A DNA stretch of 64,000 nucleotides from the human T2T-CHM13v2.0 reference genome, Homo sapiens. Shown here piece after piece: positions 24,801-39,446 of this stretch. The number at the start of each line of letters is the position of its first letter. Position 1 is the first letter of the stretch. The stretch lies in NCBI RefSeq assembly GCF_009914755.1, contig NC_060942.1. One strand, given 5' to 3'. The notes under the pieces were generated by a model. It was not told where the DNA came from, ran no database searches, and saw only the letters and a list, made by a program, of their open reading frames with translations. Both the position numbers and the translations under genes were made by a program.

Positions 24801-27800
24801 TCTGGCCAGTCTTGTCTATATCAGAGCAGGACAAAGAGAAATTAAAGTTGCTAATATAGAATATTCAGCCCCACAGGTCTATTTATCCTGTGTGATGTGT
24901 TACCCATTGCCAATTGTCTGTATAAAACTAATTACCATTTATCATTGATAATTTAATCAACAGGTGTGTGTCCAGTCAGTTACTCTCAGTGTTACCTGAA
25001 GGACTCTAAGGAATCTGAGCAGTAATAACAAACACTGAATTCTGATTTTTTTCCAGTAATTGTAATTTGGTGACATATTTTTTAAAACTGAGTTTAGTTT
25101 TATCAGGTTGTTTAGAGTATTAGGGTGTCATTTCAGTAAATGCTGACAGATTTAGGAAAAGACAATGTCAGAGCAAAGAACAAGAGGTAAATAAATTCAG
25201 TGTGGCTGCATGGCATTAACCCTTAGTTACACATTTATTTTTCATGCTTTGCATGTAATTAATATTTTCATTTTCTTTCATCTCCCCCCATATTAATCTT
25301 CAGGAAGCTATCAATACTAATATCTATTCTTTTTATACATATATAATGGATGGTTTTTACCAAAAATTACAAATCAAGCCAAAAGTCACTACTAGATATG
25401 ATAAAATGAACAATATTCTAAGTCCCTGAAATGATCAGAAGTGCCTGTTTTAGAGGATTAGCAAAAACAACAATGAAAGCGTTACAACTTTTCTCCTTCT
25501 CTGTTCTCTTCCTTACCTCCCTACCTTCTATTATCCAATTGGTAACCCTCTGATATCTTATGGTGAAAAGAAATACGATAAATGGATAACAAAAATGGAT
25601 TTACAACTCATCTTGAAATGAATTAGGACAAAACATTTTAAGTTAATTTCACATATGTATGAGGCTTCCTCTCCAGGAACTCGAAAGTTAGGAAAAAACT
25701 AAAAACATTTTATCACATTTGAACTTTCAAGTCTAAAAAAGTAGATGAAAGATGTTCAGATGTTCTTTTCTAGATTATACTTCATGTGCTATTCCATATA
25801 AATGCAGATTTTTCATTCTCCTTGTAAAGGCCTTAGAATTTTGTTGTAGAAATGCCTAGCATAAATTAAACTTTAAATTAAATTTCCTTCCATAGGAAAG
25901 TTCTGATATAATGATGTCACAGTGTTGGCAGATTCATCCTCACTGTGGATTGTGCTTTTAATATCGCACATGCAGTAGGAAGATTTGATGTTACTTTAAA
26001 TTCCAGAATAATGGTAGGACAGGGCTAGGGTGGTGCAACTTTAATAAACAAAGGCAGCATGGGCAACTCATTAAAAGGATAATAGAATTTAAATTCAGCT
26101 CACTAAGCTAGAAATTTCTGATCAGTTTTCTATTCTCAGAAATTTGCTTTTTAAAACTCTTTCTAGAAACACCATTCCAACAGTGAGATTTTCAAAGCTA
26201 GTTTTGAGATTATGATTGTGGATGGAAAAATTTTATGAAACTCATTAGTGAAGTGATGTTACTTGTACAGATGAAAAACACATCAGCTATAAAGTTCTGT
26301 CAAGGTACTATTGACCTAGGTGCTAATAATGTGTTAATTTCCATCAGGGAAACAGCAAATTATGGCAATTGGGCAGCAGATAGGATTTAGCTATTTTTCA
26401 TTAGCACTTGGGCTTTGATAAAGGGGACTAGAAAAGAGCTGCTTGACCTTTCAGTGCTTAAATTATTAAAGAGCAAATAGATTTGAGGTCTGGATGCTTG
26501 AAAATCTAATTTGTCTTGTGGAGCAAGGATGAAAAGACATTTTGGGTTTGAAATTGCTCCAGTCAACTTAGTTCTTTCTTTAATATATCTGAAGATGAGT
26601 GGATAGTAGCCATTTAAAAAGCAGTATGTCTGGAGTAGAGTGTATAATAGAACCCATGCCAACTGGCTAACATGGAGGCCTGTCCAATGATTGTTTAATT
26701 CTTAAATTTTCACCTAATCCTCATTAAACTACTGCTTGAAACAAATGATTTTTTTCATGTTTGCTTAGATGATATTTATATTACAAAACAAAATTTTGTA
26801 TCATTAGAGAATGTCAAACATTGTGTTGTTTAAGGCAAACTAGAGCAGTGCCTGACACCTATTAGGCACTCAAAAAAATTTGTTGAAATAATAAATCAGT
26901 GTACACACTCACCCATCACACCTACGAGCCAGGTTAGGAGAGAGGAATGGGAAGTGAGAGATGGAGGTGTGGGGGGCACATAGAGACACAGCGTTTGATT
27001 CCCTTAGGTTCATTATTTAATTGTGGGTTATCCAGGATAAACTAAAACATAACTAGCATCCTCTTACCATAAAACCTTTTCCTTGGTCATTGCTTTCTCT
27101 TTGGCTCTTGAGTATTTGGGTAATGAATACAAAATAAACTTCACATTAAATTTTAATAAGGCAAAGCATCGTTGTGACTATCGGTGTGCTTCCTCCCTCC
27201 TGGTACATAGAATGTGTAATATACCCCCAAACCAAATAGAAGCAACTTCAGGATTATAGCATGCTTTCAGAAATATGTACTTCACAGCCGAAGTGTCACG
27301 AGACACAACAGTGACTAAACCTTTGCCCTTCTTCTTCAGAAGCTTGTAGGACTTTTGAAAATAGTGATAAAAGGACACAAAATGACTATGTGCTCACAGA
27401 AAACATGTTTTTGTGCATTTGGAGCAGAGCAAGAGAACATGAAAATGAGGGAACAGACTATAAGCCCTTGAGAGAGACTCATTGAGGGTCTGTGTTTTAG
27501 GACACAGGGCATCTGAGAGTGACCTAGAGTTCATTGCCTTGAGGAGAACTACATTTAAGTGGCAAACTTGAGTCCAGGCCAGGGTGAAGGAAAAGAGGCA
27601 AAGATGTTTGCAGTAGGAGAATCTAGGATCTTGGGACATGGAAAGTCTAGGAGCAGCTGTGCTGCTTTTTTGTCTAGCTGGGTTGTAACAGGAGGGAGCT
27701 CCTTGCAGGTTGAGAGAGGTGGGAAGATCACAGTGCTCCGAGGACACCAGCCCGGTGCTAAAGTCACTGTGGAGCCCAGGAGAACGTCCTCCCTGAAAGT

Positions 27801-28460
27801 AATTAATGATTCAGATATAGAATTGAGGAATGATTCTGTACATACCTTGATTCCTCATTCCAGTGAATGATTCCTCAATCATTCATTGAGGAATGATTCA
27901 GATACAGAAGGAATTGAGGTCAAAGCCAACATTATCGTCTATAACTCCCTTGATGTGATAAGTGTGAATCTTTACAATACTCAAAAGAAGTTGACTGTGG
28001 AAAGTCAGTGGAGACTAGCTTATGTGTTGGTTGTGTCTACAGGAGCAAGTGAAAATTCCCTTCAGGCCAGATGGTTTCCATCAGTGCCTTCACTGGACCT
28101 GTGAATGAGGAATGCCAGCACAGCCTGGTCTGATGATTAGGAGAACTGGCTCTGCTGTCAGACCACCTCTGCCACTTCTGTAGAATACCCTGGTAGAATG
28201 GCACTTCACCTCTACACCTCAGTTTTCACATTAGGAAAATGGGAAAGATAAACTCTGTGTGTGTTGGGCACCTGGCCTAGCACTTCCAGTATGGAATATC
28301 TGCAACATTTTTTTCTTCACACATATCCTTATTTTCCTGCTTTGTCTAGTATATGGATTTCCCAGAAGTTGTTTTTAAGTTGAAGTTTTGAAAATCATGT
28401 CATACAGGAAATGAACTGGAAAAACGATTTGAAGGAAGTGATGTTAAAAATTATTATATT

Positions 28461-28793
<333 letters not shown>

Positions 28794-30615
28794 TTATTCT
28801 TACGGTTTCTCTATTTTGTGAGATCAGTCCTTGTAAGTTGAATAAAAATTCTAGATATATGAACTCCATGTTAGAGATTCACTTAATTCTCTCATTTCGT
28901 AGGAGAAAAATAAAACTCAAATAAATTAATTGAAATGCATTTAAAACCCAAGCTTTTAGCAGAATTAGAATTAGAGCTCAGACCAGTGCATTGTCTTTAC
29001 CCCTCCAAAAGCGATTTCAAGAGAATGGTCACGCTTCCTTAGGCCTGTTTGTTTTTAATGGTATTCCAGGTGAGACTTCTTTCACCGCTGTCAACTGTGG
29101 CTGTGCTACAGAACAGGTAGTATTTAGTCTTCCACTTTGACCTTGACCCTTTACCTTTACTACTGTATGAATGATCCACTAATGTGGAGCATTTTACGTG
29201 ACTCAATCCGATAGAAAGTATCTGCTGTTTAGGAAATAAGAGTTGTACTCCTTTTTTTAAGTTTACATCACTGGTAATATTCACTTTATCATTGCCTTAT
29301 AAACCTGCTGGTTACCTGTCTACAGAGAAATCAGTCTGATATTCTAAAACAATTGATTTTTATTTAGACAGAATTACCAACGAAATGGCAGCACACATTT
29401 TGTTTCTGTAATAGAAGGTGCTAAGTGGTTGTGCCCACAGAGATAGGTGGTTCTATGAGTGCAGATTCAGAGGTCACATAGACGAGAGTGTAGAGACAAA
29501 CCTTTCTAGGCATTCCCCCCATGGGTGGGGATAGCAGGCAGCCCTCTTCTGTGCTTTTTCCTTGGCATTAATGGGTTCTTGTACTGGGCAGCTCTTGGTT
29601 CCTGGGAATTCTGGTGCCTTTCTGATACTGTAAGAAAAAGATCCCTCTTCCTGCCAGAGGACTTAAAATCTAATCTGGACTCAGTTCAGGGAAGCTGTTG
29701 TCAGGCTTTAGTTTTTCTCAGCATGAGAAAGGTTTTTTTCCAACAAAACTGCAAACAACATTCATCACTCTGGCAAATGTATTAAATAAATACCTTAATT
29801 TTCTAAAAATCTATCAGTTCAAGGTTTCTGCCATTCTCCTGAGGTTACTTCAGAATTCAAAGACATTGGAAGAGGATGAGCGGGTACCAGAGACCTACTC
29901 CTTAGTGGGGCTGTCATCCTTGCAGGCGTCTTCAGAGATACCCAGCCCATTCTTATATGAGATTCGAGGGGCCTTGTTCATTAGTTAGTCTTACTAATCA
30001 CTTGGAACTCCAAGGCTTTGGCTTTTGAAACTATAATCCCTTATCTCTGCTTTTCTTATGCATTTCTTTCCACTGACTGAATACGGTGAGTGCAAAGGAA
30101 CATAAGAAAACATAGGAAGATAAACCTTAGTTAACATGAATCACTACACATTGTGTTTTGTGATTTGTTAAAACTTTACTTGTGTTGTCATTAAAGAAAA
30201 TAATGCATTGCTTTTTAAAATAAACTTACAGTTGGTATAATTTAATTGTATTTATCAGGTAAACTGAGTTAATTATCTGTAAAATCATCGTCAGTTACAT
30301 GTGAGAAAAACATTACTTCTGCTCACATAAACAGTAGAGATTATCATATTAAAAATTTAAAATGATGGTGAATTTTGTTTCTCTCACTAAATAGTGTTGT
30401 TTTGGGTGAGAGAGTTCTGAAGAAGAACTGAAGAACCCTCCCTGTCTTTCACTGAGCAAGTGCTGCATGAGAGTCTGTTATATATCAAGCACTTAGTATG
30501 GACTGCGTCCAGTGTGTTCTTTATTTTGCGTGTCCTGTGGGTCCATGCAGTTGAAGGCAGAGTGGATCAGTTCAGTTATCATAAAATATCATTGATGGTA
30601 CTCTTGTTTTTCTAG

Positions 30616-30889
30616 TGTCTATCAAATAGTTGTTGAGGAAGAACGTCCTCGAAGAACTAAAAAGACGACAGAAATCTTAAAGTGCTACCCAGTGCCAATT
30701 CACTTCCAGAATGCTTCTCTGCTGAACTCACAGTACTACTTTGCTGCAGAATTTCCTGCAGACAGCCTCCAAGCTGCGCAGCCTTTTACAATTGGTGATA
30801 ATAAGACATATAATGGATACTGGAACACTCCCCTTCTCCCCTATAAAAGCTACAGAATTTATTTCCAAGCTGCTAGTAGAGCCAATGGG
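30616..30889 (+). CDS. PTPRM: PTPRM internal coding exon (VYQIVVEEERPRRTKK...YRIYFQAASRANG), 274 nt, membrane-proximal FNIII with RPRR furin-type site
   Basis: Acceptor ctcttgtttttctag|T and donor GGG|gtaagt. Phase 2 in, phase 0 out. Overlaps ORF 30692-30952. The RXRR motif fits known processing of R2B PTPs. Confidence 0.97.
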
Positions 30890-31920
30890 GTAAGTTGTAC
30901 AGATAACTGTTTACTTAGGCTATTTGGGGTTGTTAATGTGAACATAGATTAAGTAAAATAGTAGTAAAATGGAAGTCATGCTTTTCTGCATTTCTACTTG
31001 TAAACAAATGTGATTTTCTTCTCTTAAAATTATTTTTGTCTAGAGAAATTTATGGAAAGAAACAAATATACTCATCTTTTTTTTTTTTGATTGGGGGAGT
31101 TTATCATCAACATGATAGGTTTTATTTTCAGTTTTCCTGTTACCAAAAGTTGGCTGGCAATTCTGCTTAGCTTACTATTTTACAGGAAGACAGTATAGCT
31201 CCAACACATACATTCAGCTCATTTAAAATTTTGTGAGATTCACAGCATCTGTCTTTTCAGCATAGTCTGTCCCATTAAAGAAATGGGAACTGAAGAAGTT
31301 CCACAAGAGTTTCTACTTCCTATACTTTGACTAAATTTGGTATCTTTTTTTTTTCCTAAGAGAAAATAGAAAAATGAGACGGAAACAAAATAAAAAGTGT
31401 CATTTCTGAATTTGCTTCCCCTTCCTGCTCAGACCAACCCAGAACTCTGATAAGATTGTAAACTCTCCTTAGACAGAAGGAAATGTTTCGCAGATACCAC
31501 AGTGGGTCCCTCCTTCGCAGCATAGGTCTAGGTATCGTGGTCAACTTGACTTTTGCCGGTGTAAAGGGGGGAAATCTGAGATGCATCATGCTTCTCCAAT
31601 ACTGTTTGCTCAGGGGCAAAGTACAGATCTGGTCCTTTACTTTACCTCCTTACTAAAGGAGGTCCGGGGCCACCAGGCAGAGACATTTTATGTGTAGCTC
31701 CTTGCTCATCACCTGGTCTAGAAATGCCCAGCACTGCCTGCCACTGGAGCCAGAAAATGTATCTGAGTATGGTTCAAAGAATAATTGCTGTGTGATTAAA
31801 GACACGCTCAGAACAGTGAGATCCTTCCTTATCAGTGCTATTTAAATAGAATTACAGATATTTCTATTTGTCTTAAAGAAAACATGAATAATGATTTTTC
31901 CCTCTCTTTATTTGACACAG

Positions 31921-31957
31921 GAAACCAAAATAGACTGTGTCCAAGTGGCCACAAAAG
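31921..31957 (+). CDS. PTPRM: PTPRM 37-nt coding exon (ETKIDCVQVATK-G)
   Basis: Acceptor ccctctctttatttgacacag|GAA and donor AAAG|gtaggt. Phase 0 in, phase 1 out. The peptide links ...RANG to GAATPKP. Confidence 0.95.
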
Positions 31958-33449
31958 GTAGGTTGAAATTGTGGGATATTCTCCTAATTAATGTTCCTTA
32001 AAAGTTTATTTTAACCTATGTTTCAAAACTTTTTGAACTGGAACTTAATTGAAAATAAAATGTGTGTATTATATATACATATATATATATGCATGAATGC
32101 ATGTATGTATTAGGATCTGATGGTAATTAACATTGACTGACTGGAACTCATATAGATACTTTTTAAAATAAGAAGCTATATTTCTGTGTTCCAAGCAGTT
32201 TTCAATAGTTACCTTTTTCAGATTTTTTCAAATGACTTTAATTTTTATATGATCTCAGTACACGTTTTTTAATCCATAGTGTCATGCCTGGTAGTACCAC
32301 ATCTAGTGAATCTTCATATGCAAAGGAATAAAATATCACCCACTATTTTTAAGTAGTTCTCTAGTTATAATAGCAGTAGAAAGTGGAGTCTACGCGGGCT
32401 TTTTTCACTGGTGGTGCGTGTCTCTCTGAACCTAGTAACCAGGTTATGTTGCTGTGGAGCATCTATTTCCCAAGCCTGGTTAAAACTCTCTGAGAGAATG
32501 TGATAGAGGATGAGCTGCAAAAGTGGGTAGGGCGAGTTACCCTGAGCTCCCCCAGCATCTCCTGCAGAAGCAAGTGCAGACGTGTGTTTGTGAACATGAG
32601 CTGTCATCTGGTCAACTTGACAGTGTTGTTTTAACCGTCACATACAGAAATGTATAAGAAATGCTTTGAGAAATTTAAAATGTCGTCTTAAAATGAGGCA
32701 ATATAAATTAACACTCAAAGTCAAATACAATCATTTAGATCATTGGAGTAACCATGAATACAGTGGGAAGTTCTGTATGATTTAATTTAGAGACGATGGT
32801 AAAAACACATCATTAGGTCTGTAGCAGAAGATTTAATCAGGTCATACTTGATGAGTTGTGTTGGATAAAATAACTTTTTGTTGTTGTTTAACTCTCAGGT
32901 GAACATAGTTTGAATATACCATGATGTACATGTGCATTTTCAAAATTCTCACTGAATTCTTATTTTGTGAACTTACATGACTCTTTTAGTCAGTGTTAGC
33001 TCAACAAATATTTCTTGGTTGCATGTTTTGTGCCAGGCATTGTGTGAGGTACTCACCTCATTTGTATCTTGTTTGTCCTCATAGGCTTGTAGTTCTATAT
33101 CCAAAAATCTATTTATACTAATTTTAAAACACTCAATTTTTATATCATATTGTACCTAAGTGACTTTATGTATAGAAATAAATTGATATTTACTGAAATT
33201 ATAGCTGCTTATGTGTTTCATAAACTGCCGTATGCTATCAGCTATTAATTATTACAGGACGATGAAGCCCTTGAACCAGGTATCCATTGATGCTCTTAGA
33301 TCTCAAGATTATGGTCCATACTCAACAACAGGAATTTCAAAATACTGCTGTATTACATTTCACTTACACTTAAGGTCTGAAAAAGTAAATCCTGTTCCAG
33401 GGCCCCTAGTTTATAATGCTTAACGTTTAACGTCACAGCTGAAAGTTTT

Positions 33450-33640
33450 GAAATCTCTTTCATGCGTGTGTTCTCATTTATTTCTTCATTACTATGAAAA
33501 GGGAAACAGGTACTGCTATTCTTATTTTTAAGATGAGGAAAAGGTGTATTTTTGGAGACGAATTGACTCACCAAGGTGACTCAGCTGATAATCTGGGGGT
33601 CAAGGCCTGCACTCCTAGCCCCAGTGTTTCTTTCACCATT
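33450..33640 (-). mobile_element. MIR fragment
   Basis: attcttatttttaagatgaggaaa...ttgactcaccaaggtgactcagctgataa resembles the antisense MIR core. Confidence 0.6.
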
Positions 33641-35544
33641 GCTCATGGCTCGTCACCCAGCAGCACCTCTGGCCAGTGACAGTATTGTGTAGTGTAAGCA
33701 TCAGACCTCCTCTTGGTGAGGATTGAGTCACTGCCCAATTTACTGTGAAAACAACAAAATATCTGTCATCATGCTCATTTACATAGTTAAATAATTATAT
33801 AAATAACACACTAGTAAATGTGGAAACCTGACAAGTTTGCTGTTTTCACAATAGATTGAATTAGATAGTGATTTGGATCATTTTCTTCCATCAGCTAGAT
33901 TTCATCAATATTGTAATTTGTTTTTCAATTCACCAAAGGATGATTAAGCAATCAGATGACCTGATTGACTAAATATTCCCCACTCCTATTTTCTGAGTCA
34001 TTTGCAAACATTTACACAGCAACAAACTCTATCCAAAGAACCTCTTTTGGGGAAAGAGGGACACATTTTAATATTTCCTGCATAACATTGTCATTCTGTT
34101 TCATAAAATCACAGCACAAGAGGAAACCTTGGAAGATATTCTCCCTCCAGGCAAAACTACACTGTTTTGTGCTATTTTATTAAGTTCTACATGGACGGAT
34201 TCATCAACCCTCCTTTCAGCACAGTGTAATGTTTCACCACCTTTTAGTCAGAAAATGTGTCCCTATTGATACTAGAAATTCTCTTGCAACATGGGAAGCC
34301 ATTCCATCTTGACTACATAGTCAAAACAGAGAAATAGGAAGATCTAATAACTGTTGATACCACAGAGTAAAGATGTTTAAAATGTAGAAGAGTTCAAACA
34401 TCCTGAGTGTGTGTTGCCACATACTGCTCACAGTGCGATGGCTTAATTGAGTTTTCAGATACAGAATTGCTTTCCTAAGCAACATTTTGAATGTACAAAG
34501 ATTTCAATGTTCTCCTGAAACAACTGTTGACAAGTATCTTTATAGAGAAAGTATGGAGGTGGATTTGTTTTCACTAAGAGCTAGCTTATAATTTAAAGTA
34601 AGGGTATGTCTCTTAAAAATATATTTCATACTATTTATAAATTTAATGCAGTGATTATTTTAATCATATTCCAAAGACATATTTTGACACTCATCATCTT
34701 AAATATAAACTTCATAAAAGTTAGACAGGAAAAAACCTAAGCTGTATTATTATATATCTCCATACGTGTGGGGGATTGCCTATATTTTTATGCATCCTCT
34801 TCGTTTATGCACCTAGATGAATTTCCTATAGGTACAAGTTAACTATAGGCAAACTCATCACAGAATATTCTCTCTTGAGTTAAAAGATAAAGACACCATA
34901 AACCAGGGTATACGTGATGTTTATGTGTTACCTGCCCAATTCAAGGGATTGTTTTTAATTGTATAGTGGAGTGAATAGAGTAGCTTTTAAATATTTCTTA
35001 AAATCTATGAAATTGTATTTTTCATTAACATTCACATTTTTATAGTTGGATTTTTTTATGACCATTTGGTCCAACTGTGTTTTAGTGATTAGTGTATGTG
35101 TTTTCTTTAGCTTTTATATTCACCATGGTGGTCTCATGGTAACTAGTAGGGTGGAAACTCTTTGCAGCTAGTTTTAGAAGGCTTCATTGATGATCAATTC
35201 TAAACTTGTAGGGTACACTAAAAAATCCAAATGTGTTATTAGTAAGTTAATTTCTTATATTGAATGAGGTCTATTCATTCTAATTGATGTAACAATCAGT
35301 TTAAAGTATGCACATTATATTAATCTTCCATAAAATAAGATTTTTTCATAATATGTTAGCACCGCATGTTTGTCCTTGGCAGTATAGCCATTTGGGAGCT
35401 TTCCTGTTGTTCATTTAAAAATTATTTGAGTGCCTCCTTGATTTATAAAAGTGCTTTGGGGTTTTTTTGGGTTTTGATATATGGGGAGCAGTCATATATG
35501 TTAATTTGATCCTCTCCTTGCTGTTATTTGACTATTGTCTAGCT

Positions 35545-36088
<544 letters not shown>

Positions 36089-36952
36089 GTCTAGCTAGAA
36101 GTCAAAGCAAAAACTTCACGTAAACACATGCTGAATTATTTTCCAAAACTATTAGAAAAATCAGACTGTAAGCCTTAAACAAAAAGAAAACAAAGCATTT
36201 TTCAATGTTATATTTTAAGGGACTTTTTCATGAAAAAGTTATTCATTTCACTGTTTTTGTAAGTAACATTTTATTTAAGTTAAATTTGTAATGGAATGTG
36301 AATATGGCTTATTGGAAGACCTTGAGGAAACTTTGAAGGATTTCCATTGTCCTGATATAATTTCTAGATTCAGAAATTTGAATGTTTCTTTTTTTAATCA
36401 CTAAGCTTTTTGAGAAGTTTCTACAGACTGTTTTTCTGTTCACTGTTTTGTTCAATGAAATACCATCCTTTGTAGGCCATAATGGTACAGAATGAAAGAG
36501 CGCTGATAAAAGAACTGAAAAGAATGTCTGTTGAGATGTAAAGCTAATTAAGATTCCGTTTAATTTCTCATATTCTCTACATGAGAAAACCAATTATATA
36601 GCAAGACCACTCATATATGCTAATCTGCTGTTATTTAGGCTTTGGATTTTGAAATAGGAACATTAACATTCATCGTTCAGCATTTTATAGAGAAAATGTA
36701 CTTTTTTCATGTCTGAAATAGTCTTTATAATGTACATCATGAGTATATTAAGGCCCCCTGAGAAGTTCCTAAAGAAAAGAATCCGGAAAAACCCTATGCT
36801 TTCCAAATTTATTTGATCCGAATTCATTTTTTAAGGAACACTGGAGTCATGCAAAATGCAGTTAGGTAAATGCTGGCTCAACAAGCTTCCAGGAGATCCC
36901 GCTGCACGTAACTGAGATGACCATTTAGAAGTCTGATCCACAGGGACCTTAC

Positions 36953-37050
36953 ATTTATCAGCACCAGATATTGTCTTCAAAGTGTAGGATTGGAATTTCT
37001 GTCTTTATTCCAATTTTATACTTTGAAGACAATATCTGGAGCTGATAAAT
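36953..37050 (+). repeat. 44-bp inverted repeat with 10-nt loop (hairpin)
   Basis: Arms 36953-36996 and 37007-37050 give 40 Watson-Crick pairs, 3 G-U pairs and 1 A-A mismatch. Confidence 0.95.
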
Positions 37051-37138
37051 CCTTTATCTTTTTTCATTATAAAAGAGAATATCACCAAACTTAGTGATAA
37101 TTCTCTTTTATAATGCATCTTTATTGATATTTTAAGTT

Positions 37139-37335
37139 AGAGGTCAGCAAACTTTTTATGTTAAGGGCCAGATAATAAATATTTGAGGCCTTGTGGGCCA
37201 TATGGTCTCTGTCACAACTACGCAGGTCTGCTCTTGCTGGGCAAGAGCAGCCATAGGCAATACATTAACAATTAAGCATGTGTTCCAATAAAACTTTATT
37301 TGCAAAAGCAGGTGGTAGGCCTGCTGGCCCATTTG
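37139..37335. mobile_element. MER58A-like hAT-Charlie element
   Basis: aggtcagcaaact...aagggccagataataaatattt...tgttccaataaaactttattt. Confidence 0.8.
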
Positions 37336-37584
37336 AAGATAAAGTATAGCATAATCAAATTTTTTCCTCATGACTAAAAATAATAGTTACAAATAAACAC
37401 TTTACAAAGCAGAACATAGAGATCATATAAAAATCCTTCCTGGTATTTATAATATACTTTTTACATGGTAGACTTAGCTTCTGATTATAGTTTGAGTTCC
37501 TTTTTATTTGTGAATACCTGGCTGACTGACATAGCTATTTTCGAGTAACTTTTTGTTCATATTGTTTACCTTTTTGGATATTAG

Positions 37585-37924
<340 letters not shown>

Positions 37925-39371
37925 TGCTCTGTTTTTCTATAAAACAATTTCATTTTTCTCAAAAGGAGAACAGGTCAGACTCTCCTACAGATAATGCGGA
38001 ACTGCATAGGAGTATTGGTTGGAGCAACAGTAGTCTATGACCAAACAAAAATGTTATGTGTATAAAACTTGGAATTGGTACCAACTTTGTAACCATCTTA
38101 GAAATAACATTTTACTGTGTACAGCTTATTATAACAGTATTCAAAATTGCATAATACGTCATATTAAGAAAATTATCTCTGTAATGCGTTAATGCACTGG
38201 GAGCTGCCTATTCTCTGACCAAACTGTTAGTTTGTTAATCTCACTTAACAAAACTAGAATATGTTCATTAATAATGTGTGAAAGACTGTTACACCATTTT
38301 TAACTCAGTTGCTGCAGTTGTCTAGTTGTAAGCAGCACTGCTTGCATGGTGCAGAGGGATATTTCAAAATATTATGCAGCAGCAGTTTTGGGTTTAATTG
38401 TCTGCAGATGGTAGATGATCTATTTTCCTTACTCGCTGCCACATTTCTAATAGTACCCAGGCTGTTCCATGTAAATTAGTAATCTTTCATGTAAGCCTGT
38501 CCTTAATTTTCCAATATTTTTTTGCATCATTTTCCAGCTGTATCATGTTAGAACTGATGTTTTAATTTTCTATTTTTTTTAAATATCTGTGTGTCATTAA
38601 TGTTAACCACTTAAACACAACTGCTGAGCTGTGCAGGCAAACTAAGAAGCCAGCCTGGTCTGCTTCAAGACTCTTAATCATTTCTTTGTTCACATGTTAA
38701 CCATGATAACTATAGCAAAGGCAATTCGTAGTTTCTATTCTTTTCCAACCAATACTTGGAGATGCATTTTTTATTCTCTTAAAGTGAAAAAATAAAGTTC
38801 CTGAATGGAAAGCTGCATGAAATTTAGATATCAGAGAAATTTTTCTACATAAAAACGTTTTTAGTGAAAGAGTGTAATATTCTTCTTTACAAAAGGGATT
38901 TAGTAAGAAGAGAAAACATTGTGATTTCAACAATAGAATGTTGAAAAACCTAATACGTTCTAAAAGCCTAAAGTTTGGATCACCAGAATTAACAATGAAT
39001 CTTTCAGCACCACACTCAATTTCAATTGGAAACACTGCTCAGTCTTCACCTTTATTTAGGATGAATGTTTTTGGTTTTGTTTTCCTTTTTTTCTTCTTCA
39101 GTTGATCTATCCAAGATCTCAGCCAAACCTTGCAACTGTGTCATAGTTAGAAATCCAACTGCCTGACTAGAGCTTGTTTAAGGGAAAAGAATTCAGAATA
39201 TTCAGCACCTTGCTATGTTTTTTTTTTCTTTTTTTCCTTTTCTTTTTGTTGTTGTTAGAACAAAGTTGAGACAATTTGATATACTGATGGGGATTCTTCT
39301 TGCTAGCCTAGCTTCAGTCTGGCTTTTTTTTCCCTCATGCATGCTGACCTGGAAATCCTCCTTTGCCTTAG

Positions 39372-39446
39372 CTGCGATAATCGTGACTCAGCTTACAACA
39401 CCTTACATTCGCATCGCCCCCGCTGCAGGCGACGGCCAACTAACAG
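39372..39446 (+). CDS. PTPRM: Candidate alternatively spliced 75-nt PTPRM cassette exon (AAIIVTQLTTPYIRIAPAAGDGQLT, 25 aa) in the extracellular stalk
   Basis: Branch-like ctgac at 39344-39348, acceptor tcctcctttgccttag|CT and donor ACAG|gtcaga. Symmetric phase 1-1 with no stop. 7 CpG in 75 nt against a CpG-poor background. Confidence 0.75.

Noticed and set aside
27805-27920. CRISPR-like repeat-spacer array
   Set aside because: The repeats are irregular and in mixed orientation with no constant spacers. The context is a primate intron with no cas genes.
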